A DNA stretch of 25,965 nt from a virus (Duplodnaviria > Caudoviricetes). The position numbers and the translations under genes were made by a program. This document shows positions 18,182 through 25,915 of the stretch, one piece after another. Position 1 is the first letter of the stretch, and each line of letters begins with the position of its first letter. The notes under the pieces are model-generated. The model ran no database searches. It was not told the DNA's origin and was given only the letters and a program-made list of their open reading frames with translations. The DNA is taken from the IMG/VR virus record IMGVR_UViG_3300005254_000015, positions 1 to 25,965 of that record, one strand, 5' to 3'.

Positions 18182-19597
18182 TTAATTTTCCTCTTTAAAT
18201 ATTTCATTCCCTTTATCAATTTCATCAATGATTTGTTTATACGTACCGGGTGATTCATTTGCTAAATCTTTATACGCATGCATTACATACTGCTTTTTTG
18301 CATATTTTGTTAACCCTGAACAAACCCTTGCTGTAATTACCTCTAGATCATGATTCATCTTTTCAACATCTTCAACTATCTTTATATCCTCAGGATATTT
18401 TGTCTTTTTATCCATACTAACTTCAACTATATTTTCATAAAGACAAAACATCTTTATTATCCAGTTTTCAGTCTCTTCAAGCTGTTTTGCTTTGTTTAAA
18501 ATAACACCGCCGGACTGGTAAAAATCATACTCTTTTGACTTGCCGCTTTTCTCATAATAATCCTTGTTGCTTTGTATTGTAAGTTCAGCCATCTTATATA
18601 TTTCTTCAATATCCCTTTCAACTGCCTGCAATACAATTGGTATATTTATTACATCATCTCGTAAAAACTTTGGAGGCTGTCCTTCTGCCGGATATGGATA
18701 TATCTTCCTCCCATTCGATGTTTTCTGCCAGGCTTCCTTGAACTTCTCCAGATTATCATCTGCCGGTATTGTTATCCCACTGTTACAGGTACTCCATATA
18801 TTCTCATCAATATTACTCATCCAGTTTGCAATCCTTCTCTGGCACATTGCAATATCTTCTAAATTAGACTCATACGCCTCATCAGGATCAATATCATGCT
18901 GATAGCAGAATATAAAAGGAACCTCTTTTAAATTATGCCTTACTTCTTTTTCCCAGCTTATCCCGTCAGTTTCCTCACTCTTATTACCGTCACTTTTTAC
19001 ACCTTCCTGCCAAAAATCTCTTGTAAATAGCAAATATCTTGTAACTTCATCATGCTTACCCGTAGGACTGGATTTATCAATATATGATTCTGCTAACTTT
19101 ACCCAGGCTAATCCTTTATCATCAAAATACCAGTCAATGATATTTTCAGGATAATATATAGCAACATAAGGAAATAACCTCTGTTTAATTTTCTTCTCTT
19201 TCTCTACGACTGTCTCTCTTATCTTTTTCGCATCAACCAATACTCCGATACGTAAAAAAGTCGATAACAATGATATCTTTCTCATTATCTTGGAAAGACT
19301 CTCATTCTTTGTTGTTGCACTGTCAAAAAAGACCTTTAACCTTTCTGCTTCTACCCATGGTCTTTGTATCTGATGACGGAATATCGAATTTGTAAACATG
19401 GATACAATAGGACGAAAATAGTTATATATTACTGCACGCATCTTTCTTGCACTATATAAATCAACTCCTTCCGTGGGATATTTAAATATATATTCATCTC
19501 CATCTAATGTATTTAAACCCCCTTTATATGAGTTTAGTAAAAACTTTGATCTTTCTAAAATCCGCCTATATTTTATATGAGTCTGTACCTCACTCAT
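18182..19597 (-). CDS. Portal protein
   Basis: 471 aa after TerL; Y..R..RA...NY.R..V, H.L.EVPF and SG.SK..D motifs. Confidence 0.88.
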   Translation of the reverse strand: MSEVQTHIKYRRILERSKFLLNSYKGGLNTLDGDEYIFKYPTEGVDLYSARKMRAVIYNYFRPIVSMFTNSIFRHQIQRPWVEAERLKVFFDSATTKNESLSKIMRKISLLSTFLRIGVLVDAKKIRETVVEKEKKIKQRLFPYVAIYYPENIIDWYFDDKGLAWVKLAESYIDKSSPTGKHDEVTRYLLFTRDFWQEGVKSDGNKSEETDGISWEKEVRHNLKEVPFIFCYQHDIDPDEAYESNLEDIAMCQRRIANWMSNIDENIWSTCNSGITIPADDNLEKFKEAWQKTSNGRKIYPYPAEGQPPKFLRDDVINIPIVLQAVERDIEEIYKMAELTIQSNKDYYEKSGKSKEYDFYQSGGVILNKAKQLEETENWIIKMFCLYENIVEVSMDKKTKYPEDIKIVEDVEKMNHDLEVITARVCSGLTKYAKKQYVMHAYKDLANESPGTYKQIIDEIDKGNEIFKEEN

Positions 19598-21099
19598 ATA
19601 ATGCCAACCTCAAATGCAGAAAAATCTATGTTTGATAAAATTGTATTTAACTTCTTATCAAGTAAACCGTTCATATATTCAATGCATCCTGTCAATGTGT
19701 CAGGTGCATCATCATGTTTATTATTTGCCTTTCTCATGTATTTAGTGACACTCTCATAAAATAAAGGATATTTGTTCTTCCAGTTAAATGGAAAAAATAT
19801 ATTATTTTCAATACTGCTTGAATTTGTTAATATCCTTGATTTCTTATTCTCTGACTGGTGAAGCCATTTTACACTTATATCTTTTCTCTTATATTTTTCC
19901 TGTAATATCCGGGAAATATTTCTTGCAAAGGCTCTTCCTCCATTATTACTCTCAACAACCGCAACTTTTATATTGTTATTAATAATCCTTTTTGCTGTTT
20001 CCTCTTCTGTAACTTCTTGTGCTTCCTGCGTATAATATATATCAGTTATATACATCTGTTTTTCATACTCTATACCTAAAACACAGCATAAATAATCATC
20101 TCCCTGATCTGCTGTATCTATATATGAAAAAAATCTGTCTGCTATTATATTTCCATTATTATCTTTTGGTAATTCATTCCTCTTATACGTTTTTAAATTT
20201 TTATACAGCCTTCCTTTTTTATCAATTGTTTCCTGCTGATAATTTGCATAAAATATATCCTCATTTATGGTTCTCTTTTTCTCAAAATAACTTTCTTTAC
20301 TTAACATATCAGGACACAAAACTTCATCTTTTTTCTCATCATACGCCTTATATTTCAACACATACCAGCTGTCTTTTTCATCCTCATTATCCAAAATCTT
20401 GCCGCAGATATCCTTATCCGACCATCTTGTCATACAAATAATCTGGCAAGCGCCTTCCTCAAACCTTGATAAAAATGTTCCTGTATACCAGTTCCAGTTT
20501 TTTTCCAATAATGTCTCATTTGTGGCCTCTGCATAATTTTTTACCTGGTCATCTATTATCCCGATTGTACAGCCTTTCCCTGTAATACTTCCGCCAATAC
20601 CGGAGCCCTTGTATGAAAAATGTTTTCCTTCCAATGCCCATTTCTTATAACTTGCATCTCCTTTCTTTATCCTTGTTCCAGGAAAGATATCCGAGTATGT
20701 AATTTCATAATCAAAAGTCTTTTCTCTTGCTATCTCATCACGTGTATATTTGGAAAAGTCCGTTGCTAAATCATCAGAATATGCTGTTGCTATTATTTTC
20801 TCATTTGCGTTTTTTCCAAACACCCAGCATGAAAATAACATTAAGGTCCTTGTCTTATAATGTCTTGGAGGCATATTAACCATTAGCTTCCTGTATGCCT
20901 TATTTGTAATAGGATTTATAAGCTTGCCTTCATAAAACATCTGCAAGGTATATGAAAAAGTTTTTAAATGATGCCATTCCTCTTTATATCCATGTAAAAG
21001 CTTGCAAAAATGCCAGAAGGATTCTCTTGCCTTCCTTATAGCTTTTTCCCTCATGAGTAATAACAAATATGCTTTTTCATAATTCTTATTTGTTTGCAT
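19594..21099 (-). CDS. terL: Terminase large subunit
   Basis: NMPPRH.KT Walker A, IIDD Walker B, MTRW coupling motif, YQQ, RNase H-like IDTADQGDD, ESNNGG and HDDAPD. Confidence 0.96.
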   Translation of the reverse strand: MQTNKNYEKAYLLLLMREKAIRKARESFWHFCKLLHGYKEEWHHLKTFSYTLQMFYEGKLINPITNKAYRKLMVNMPPRHYKTRTLMLFSCWVFGKNANEKIIATAYSDDLATDFSKYTRDEIAREKTFDYEITYSDIFPGTRIKKGDASYKKWALEGKHFSYKGSGIGGSITGKGCTIGIIDDQVKNYAEATNETLLEKNWNWYTGTFLSRFEEGACQIICMTRWSDKDICGKILDNEDEKDSWYVLKYKAYDEKKDEVLCPDMLSKESYFEKKRTINEDIFYANYQQETIDKKGRLYKNLKTYKRNELPKDNNGNIIADRFFSYIDTADQGDDYLCCVLGIEYEKQMYITDIYYTQEAQEVTEEETAKRIINNNIKVAVVESNNGGRAFARNISRILQEKYKRKDISVKWLHQSENKKSRILTNSSSIENNIFFPFNWKNKYPLFYESVTKYMRKANNKHDDAPDTLTGCIEYMNGLLDKKLNTILSNIDFSAFEVGII

Positions 21100-21472
21100 T
21101 CTGAAACATTTCCATTAATTTTTCTAAATCTTTATTAGACAGCTCTTTTATCTGTTCAATTATTGTTATGCTTCCATTAAGCTTTAAATCTAATTCCGGT
21201 TTACCGTCAGTCCTATTAATTATATCGTTTATAGCCTTACGGTCCCCGTTCAATGCTCTTGCCAGCAATCTAAGACATAAATGCTCTCTTGTTGACTTTA
21301 CGCTTTTTAAATTATCTTCCAGGGGATTTTCTAACTCTACATCCTTTTCAAGATACTTATTTAAAATAGCTTTAAAACTAATCTGTCCTTTTTTCCTGCC
21401 TTTATTTTTAGGCTGATTCTCTTTTGAAAACTGTGTCTTTATCCCGTCTATATATATATTTTCTCTACTCAT
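21086..21472 (-). CDS. terS: Terminase small subunit (DUF5681-like)
   Basis: TQF....QP..KGRKKG and A.NGD.KA...I..R.DGKP motifs; overlaps the TerL start. Confidence 0.75.
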   Translation of the reverse strand: MSRENIYIDGIKTQFSKENQPKNKGRKKGQISFKAILNKYLEKDVELENPLEDNLKSVKSTREHLCLRLLARALNGDRKAINDIINRTDGKPELDLKLNGSITIIEQIKELSNKDLEKLMEMFQNANK

Positions 21473-22014
21473 GCCTGCATTACTGCCGCTTCTTTTTCCT
21501 TAGCTTGCGTATTGTATCCATCTATCAATTTTTCCAGAGTATCAGCTCCAAAATATATATCCTTTCCTTTCTTCATTTCTTTCAATTCTTCATCTGTAAA
21601 AACATTAAATAATCTTAAAAACTCTATTTGTTTATTATTAAAATCTTCCAATACTAAGTTGTCAAAATATTCATATGAAGTTTTATCAAGTAATTCTATT
21701 GAATTATATTTATTATTTAATAGATGAATACAGCATACAAGAGTTTGGTCAATAAAGACCTTTTTAATATTATCTGACCTTACAATAACATCAATTGCAC
21801 ATGAGTTTACGGTATACACAGGATATATAACTATATTCTTACCGCATGTATTAAGATATTCAATCAATGTTAATGCTGTATGCCATGTGCCTCCTTGGGA
21901 TGAGAAAAATATTTTCAATTCTTCATTTCCTTCTAATTTTACTGCATCAATCTCTTTAATTAAATTACTTACAGGTTCATCTTCAATTGCTTTATTAAAT
22001 ATTATTGTTTTCAT
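21469..22014 (-). CDS. ClpP-like serine protease
   Basis: FFSSQGG (cf. INSPGG), VNSCA (catalytic Ser), CCIH (His), KDIYF (Asp) in ClpP order. Confidence 0.7.
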   Translation of the reverse strand: MKTIIFNKAIEDEPVSNLIKEIDAVKLEGNEELKIFFSSQGGTWHTALTLIEYLNTCGKNIVIYPVYTVNSCAIDVIVRSDNIKKVFIDQTLVCCIHLLNNKYNSIELLDKTSYEYFDNLVLEDFNNKQIEFLRLFNVFTDEELKEMKKGKDIYFGADTLEKLIDGYNTQAKEKEAAVMQA

Positions 22015-22016
22015 AT

Positions 22017-23339
22017 TTATGCCCTTATCTTTTCATTATTTTTATAGTTAAAATCTTTTCCATTTAACTTCAATCTTTCAATAACCTTATTATTATCATT
22101 CATCCATTTAATCCATCTTGATACTATTATGTTGCAAAAATATGGATCAATTTCAGTAGCAAAACATTTTCTATTTGTTTTCTCACATGAAATTATAGTT
22201 GTCCCGCTTCCGCAGAATAACTCTAAAACATTGTCATTCTCTTTACTACCGTGTAAAACCAACTCTGTGATAAGTTCAACGGGCTTCATTGTAGGATGTA
22301 AATCATTAACCAGCGGTTTACTGTGTTTTAATATGGATGTTACATTCTTTGCATAAAACTTGTGTTTTACCTTCCATCCATATACACATAATTCATGCTG
22401 GGGTAGGTAGTCCATTCTTCCCAATACATGATTATCCTTAACCCACACCAAAATAGTGGAAGTTGTTATTTTTTTGTTATAACAGGCATTCATTAGCTCT
22501 CTTAATCTTTTCCCATTAATCCATATATATATTGTATTGTATGAACTAAAAGGAATCCTATCCAGCCATGATTCAAACCAGCCCTGATAATCTTTTAAAT
22601 CATCATTTGCATATTCTTTTTTTACATGATGCCCTTTATGTATATCTTTAAAAAAATCATTCTTGCTTGCATAATTAACACCGTAAGGAGGATCCGTACA
22701 TAACATTTCAACCGTCTTATCACCAAGAAGTTTATCTATATTCTCTTTTTTAGTACAATCTCCGCATAAAAGCCTATGATTATTTAATTCCCATATATCC
22801 CCCTGTTTTGATATTTTTATAATATCTTCCGGTACTTCATCATCATTTTTAGTTTTACTAAGTTCCTCTTTTTCAATCGCTCTTAAAGTTTTAACCATAC
22901 TTACATTCACAGGTTCAATCTTTACAGAAGTGATCTCAACAGGTTTTATATTGTATGATTTTAGATAATCCTTTAATCCCTCATTTGTCATCTCTCCGTA
23001 CTGGCTGTTTAGGTGCAATAGTTCAATTGCAGCCTCTTTCCTGTTTTCTGCTTCAACCGGTAGGGCATAGTATTTTTCAGGAATCTTGAATCCCTCATCT
23101 TCCATTTTCTTTAAAAAAAGTTTCCTGTGGTGGCCGTCTATGAAATATATTTTATCTGTCTTTTTATCAATCCAGACAAAGAATACATATTTAAACCCTT
23201 TTTCTATTACTCTCTGTTTAAACTTTTGATAAGCTTTATCCGAATATCTCTTTAAATCTTTCTGCAATTCCTGAATACTATCAAGGGATAATTCCAATAT
23301 TTGTTTCTGCTGATTAATCTTAATCTCTTTACTATTAAT
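22017..23339 (-). CDS. ParB/Srx-domain fused beta-class amino (N6/N4) DNA methyltransferase
   Basis: N-terminal IDGHHR; GDIW.L..HRLLCGD, TDPPY, HPTMKP, LELFCGSGTT. Start is ATT at 23339 (my inference) or TTG at 23297 (ORF track). Confidence 0.9.
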   Translation of the reverse strand: MNSKEIKINQQKQILELSLDSIQELQKDLKRYSDKAYQKFKQRVIEKGFKYVFFVWIDKKTDKIYFIDGHHRKLFLKKMEDEGFKIPEKYYALPVEAENRKEAAIELLHLNSQYGEMTNEGLKDYLKSYNIKPVEITSVKIEPVNVSMVKTLRAIEKEELSKTKNDDEVPEDIIKISKQGDIWELNNHRLLCGDCTKKENIDKLLGDKTVEMLCTDPPYGVNYASKNDFFKDIHKGHHVKKEYANDDLKDYQGWFESWLDRIPFSSYNTIYIWINGKRLRELMNACYNKKITTSTILVWVKDNHVLGRMDYLPQHELCVYGWKVKHKFYAKNVTSILKHSKPLVNDLHPTMKPVELITELVLHGSKENDNVLELFCGSGTTIISCEKTNRKCFATEIDPYFCNIIVSRWIKWMNDNNKVIERLKLNGKDFNYKNNEKIRA

Positions 23340-23355
23340 CTTTATCCTCCTAAAA

Positions 23356-23544
23356 TTATCTTTGCTTTAAAAACCTTTCTTCAACATTATCAATATGTGT
23401 AAATTCACCCCGTTTATTCAATAAAGGGATAGTAAGGTTATATAATGTTTGATTGTTTGTCCGTTTAACCTCTCTTATCATTGCATGTGATATTGCTCCT
23501 GTCCCGTGAAAAACAACCTGTACTGCATCACCTATATAAAACAT
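23356..23544 (-). CDS. Small hypothetical protein, possibly SH3-like beta barrel
   Basis: Co-oriented first ORF of the operon; F.IGD.V start pattern; the AAGGAG element is unusually far (19 nt) from the ATG. Confidence 0.5.
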   Translation of the reverse strand: MFYIGDAVQVVFHGTGAISHAMIREVKRTNNQTLYNLTIPLLNKRGEFTHIDNVEERFLKQR

Positions 23545-23587
23545 AAAAATCTTTTTAAAATTACTCCTTTTAAAAATTATATATAAG

Positions 23588-23640
23588 GGGGTGTTTCCAC
23601 CCCTGTAAGCTTTTTTCTTATAAACCCCTAAAAAAGCTTA
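23588..23640. promoter_or_regulatory. Two adjacent stem-loops in the late-operon leader
   Basis: GGGGTG-tttc-CACCCC (23588-23603) and TAAGCTTTTTT-N13-AAAAAAGCTTA (23606-23640). Confidence 0.45.
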
Positions 23641-23795
23641 TAAAAATTGATTAAAAAGGGGAGGGGAATAAAAAAAATAAACCTATATAATAAGACTTAA
23701 TCTTATCCTTATTTTTAATCTTTTAATAAAAGCATACTGCTCTAATTATTGTGTTTGTTGATTATCAATATATGGGAATTGAAATATTTTTTCTA

Positions 23796-23858
23796 CCGGA
23801 ATAAATACGGAATTCCGTATTTTATACGGTTTCCCGTATTTTATACGGAATATCGAAT
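23796..23858. repeat. 19-bp-period array of ATACGG/CCGTAT inverted repeats (operator- or iteron-like)
   Basis: ATACGG at 23805, 23824 and 23843; CCGTAT at 23815 and 23834; degenerate copies at 23796 and 23853. Confidence 0.85.
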
Positions 23859-23959
23859 ATTTTCTGGTGGGATTTTTGGGAAATTTTTATAAAAAGGAAA
23901 TTAAATTTAATAAAAAATATGAATTATAATTAAATTATTTTATCTTATAAACAAATATT

Positions 23960-24003
23960 AAAATAGTTAAAATGTTCAGTCGACTGAACATTTTAACTAT
24001 TTT
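23960..24003. repeat. Perfect 44-bp palindrome with no spacer; candidate centromere site
   Basis: AAAATAGTTAAAATGTTCAGTC|GACTGAACATTTTAACTATTTT, checked base by base. Confidence 0.9.
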
Positions 24004-24706
24004 TCAAAAAAATTAATTTTTTTATTAGTTCATCAATTGCATCTATTTCTTCTAAAGTTAATTTTCTTTTAGGTATTTTTTTAATAAATCTACTTATCTC
24101 ACTTTCAAAATTATCATCTTTATTTTTTCCAAAATTCCTATTTATAAGTAAATTATCTTCAACTAATTCTTTTTTTAATTCTGTTACAGACATATTATCC
24201 TGAAGTATTTTTTCAAACCATTCATTAATTTTATTTTCTTCTTCTAATTTTGCAATAATATATAACTTTTCAATACTTAAATCCTCAAGATGTTTAGTCG
24301 ACTGAACATTTTTAAATGTATTTAATAATTTTCTTTCTAACTTTTCAAATATAAAAACATACTTATATAATTGAATCCGTTTTATATTATGTTCACTTAG
24401 AGCAAACTCTTCTGAATTTTGATACCCTAAATCTTTATATAATTTATGTTTTGTTATTAAATAAAGTCTTTGACACTTTACAATTAATGCCTCCGCATTT
24501 TTTTTATCAATTAATCTTATATCATCACTTAATTGTTTTGCGTTTAATAATTCTGGGACTTTTGATGTTTCATAATCAATTAAATCTATTTTTTTCTCAT
24601 ACCCTGTTAATAAAGATTTTTCTTTTTCACTTATTTGGTTTATTTGTCCTTTTATATCTTCAGTTGTTCCCTTTAATGAATTATTAATTACATCTTTTAA
24701 TGCCAT
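23993..24706 (-). CDS. ParA partner / putative centromere-binding protein (PFam49/ParZ-like, not canonical ParB)
   Basis: Directly downstream of parA with GGAGG SD. KLYKDLGYQNSEEF......I...Q.YKY..I resembles the LY...GY..F..F........Q.Y.Y..I motif of Borrelia-type partition proteins. No GxxR CTPase motif seen. Confidence 0.65.
   Translation of the reverse strand: MALKDVINNSLKGTTEDIKGQINQISEKEKSLLTGYEKKIDLIDYETSKVPELLNAKQLSDDIRLIDKKNAEALIVKCQRLYLITKHKLYKDLGYQNSEEFALSEHNIKRIQLYKYVFIFEKLERKLLNTFKNVQSTKHLEDLSIEKLYIIAKLEEENKINEWFEKILQDNMSVTELKKELVEDNLLINRNFGKNKDDNFESEISRFIKKIPKRKLTLEEIDAIDELIKKLIFLKNS
24290..24309. repeat. Intragenic copy of the palindrome core
   Basis: ATGTTTAGTCGACTGAACAT, 19/20 identical to 23972-23991. 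Confidence 0.9.
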
Positions 24707-24724
24707 ACTTCCCCTCCATTAAAT

Positions 24725-25669
24725 TTATATAATTTTAGCTAAAAATTCTTCTATTAAATTTCTATAGTCATTTGCCCCAACAGATGACTTATCGTATTCT
24801 AATATTGACTTATTATAAAATGGTGCTTCCTTGATTTTTGTATTCATATTTATTTCATTTGAAAAAATTACATCTCCCAGGTTTTCTTTTAAATTATTTG
24901 TTACATCTTTCGAAATATTAGTTCTTTCATCTTTTTTATTAATTACAGCTCCTAATGTTTTTAAAATTGGATTAAATTCTTTTGATTCATTAATTGTTCT
25001 AATTAATTGCTTCATACCCAAAGGACTATAGAAATCAGGCTCAACTGGTATAAGTACATATTCTGCTCCAATTAATCCATTCATTGTCAATGTTCCTAAA
25101 CTAGGTCTACAATCAATAAATATAAAATCATAATCTTTAAATATTCTTTGAACAAATTTTTTAAGTTTAAAATAATCATTTAAATCGGACTTCTTATCCA
25201 CACCATCCAGAACAATAGATGCTGGAACTAAATCCAAATAATTACTTAATTTATGAATAATATCTTTTGCTTGATATTCTTTATCTTCAAATATTGCTGC
25301 CGCAGTTTTTCCAACATCAATATCCGTATTTAATCCTAATCCTATTGATAAATTGCATTGAGGATCCATATCTATTAATAATACATTATATTCTCTTAAT
25401 GATAAACCTACACCAATATTATAAGTAAAAGTTGTTTTTCCTACACCTCCCTTTTGGTTAACCATTGAAACAACTTTTGTTGTTACTGTAGGCTTAAAAA
25501 CAGATTCTATATCCTCTTTTTTAAATAAAAATTTTCTTGATTCTTCTGTTGGACGATAAGGTTTTAAAATACCTTTAGAAATATATAAATGATAAGTACG
25601 TTCATCTAATTTTAATAAATCTAAAACTTCTTGCTTTGATAAAAATTCAAGTTTTTTGTTTTTATCCAT
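24725..25669 (-). CDS. parA: ParA/Soj ATPase with N-terminal excisionase/MerR-like HTH
   Basis: NQKGGVGKTT deviant Walker A, IDMDPQ.NLS, IDCRPSLG.LT; N-terminal LSKQEV.DLL.L.E.T...YI.KG.L.P HTH pattern. Confidence 0.95.
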   Translation of the reverse strand: MDKNKKLEFLSKQEVLDLLKLDERTYHLYISKGILKPYRPTEESRKFLFKKEDIESVFKPTVTTKVVSMVNQKGGVGKTTFTYNIGVGLSLREYNVLLIDMDPQCNLSIGLGLNTDIDVGKTAAAIFEDKEYQAKDIIHKLSNYLDLVPASIVLDGVDKKSDLNDYFKLKKFVQRIFKDYDFIFIDCRPSLGTLTMNGLIGAEYVLIPVEPDFYSPLGMKQLIRTINESKEFNPILKTLGAVINKKDERTNISKDVTNNLKENLGDVIFSNEINMNTKIKEAPFYNKSILEYDKSSVGANDYRNLIEEFLAKII

Positions 25670-25680
25670 ATTTCCCTCCC

Positions 25681-25724
25681 CTGCGTTATATATTACATGT
25701 AATATATTTATCTGCGTTTGTCAA
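25681..25724 (-). promoter_or_regulatory. Candidate parA promoter/operator
   Basis: TTGACA on the minus strand (25724-25719) but only a weak -10 (TACATG) at 17 bp. Perfect 20-bp palindrome ATATATTACATGTAATATAT (25688-25707) flanked by CTGCGTT direct repeats. Confidence 0.55.
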
Positions 25725-25749
25725 ATATTATTTATTGCAGAAATAAAAC

Positions 25750-25778
25750 TTGATTAATTAAAAAAATTAATCTATGAT
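25750..25778 (+). promoter_or_regulatory. Sigma70-like promoter, divergent from parA
   Basis: TTGATT-N17-TATGAT, overlapped by inverted repeat GATTAATT-N5-AATTAATC (25752-25772). Confidence 0.6.
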
Positions 25779-25816
25779 CCTAACATAAAATTAACATTCT
25801 TGGGAGGGGGTATTCA

Positions 25817-25873
25817 GTGATTAAAATACCAATAAAAAAGACCTTAATAAAAAGACTGCAATCTTTTTACTAA
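25817..25873 (+). CDS. Putative 18-aa leader peptide (MIKIPIKKTLIKRLQSFY)
   Basis: GGGAGG SD at 25802-25807, GTG start, TAA stop; downstream of the plus-strand promoter. Confidence 0.45.
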   Translation: MIKIPIKKTLIKRLQSFY

Positions 25874-25878
25874 GGTCT
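25834..25878 (-). terminator. Intrinsic terminator on the minus strand
   Basis: 17-bp stem AGACCTTAGTAAAAAGA / TCTTTTTATTAAGGTCT with 6-nt loop, then a U-tract. The single mismatch is a G-U pair only in the minus-strand RNA. Confidence 0.7.
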
Positions 25879-25909
25879 CAAATAGCATTAATATAGATTT
25901 CATCTATCT
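25834..25909 (-). ncRNA. Putative ~75-nt antisense RNA
   Basis: Bounded by the TTGACA-N17-TAATAT promoter and the terminator; complementary to the leader ORF. Ends are approximate. Confidence 0.5.
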
Positions 25910-25915
25910 TTATCT

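Noticed and set aside
19594-21099. Intein or intron in terL or other core genes
   Set aside because: Length and motif spacing are normal; no splicing or homing endonuclease motifs seen.
23739-23768. Sigma70 late promoter from TTGATA on the minus strand
   Set aside because: No acceptable -10 hexamer at 17-18 bp spacing; such hexamers are common by chance in AT-rich DNA.
23796-23858. Mini CRISPR array
   Set aside because: Period is only 19 bp with 3-4 nt variable positions; no spacers and no cas genes.
1731-25031. All plus-strand ORFs of 60 aa or more in the ORF track (e.g. 5653..5985, 11001..11327, 18564..18902, 20019..20441)
   Set aside because: They lie antisense to well-supported phage genes, have the Ser/Phe/Leu/Ile-rich composition of shadow frames and show no recognisable motifs.
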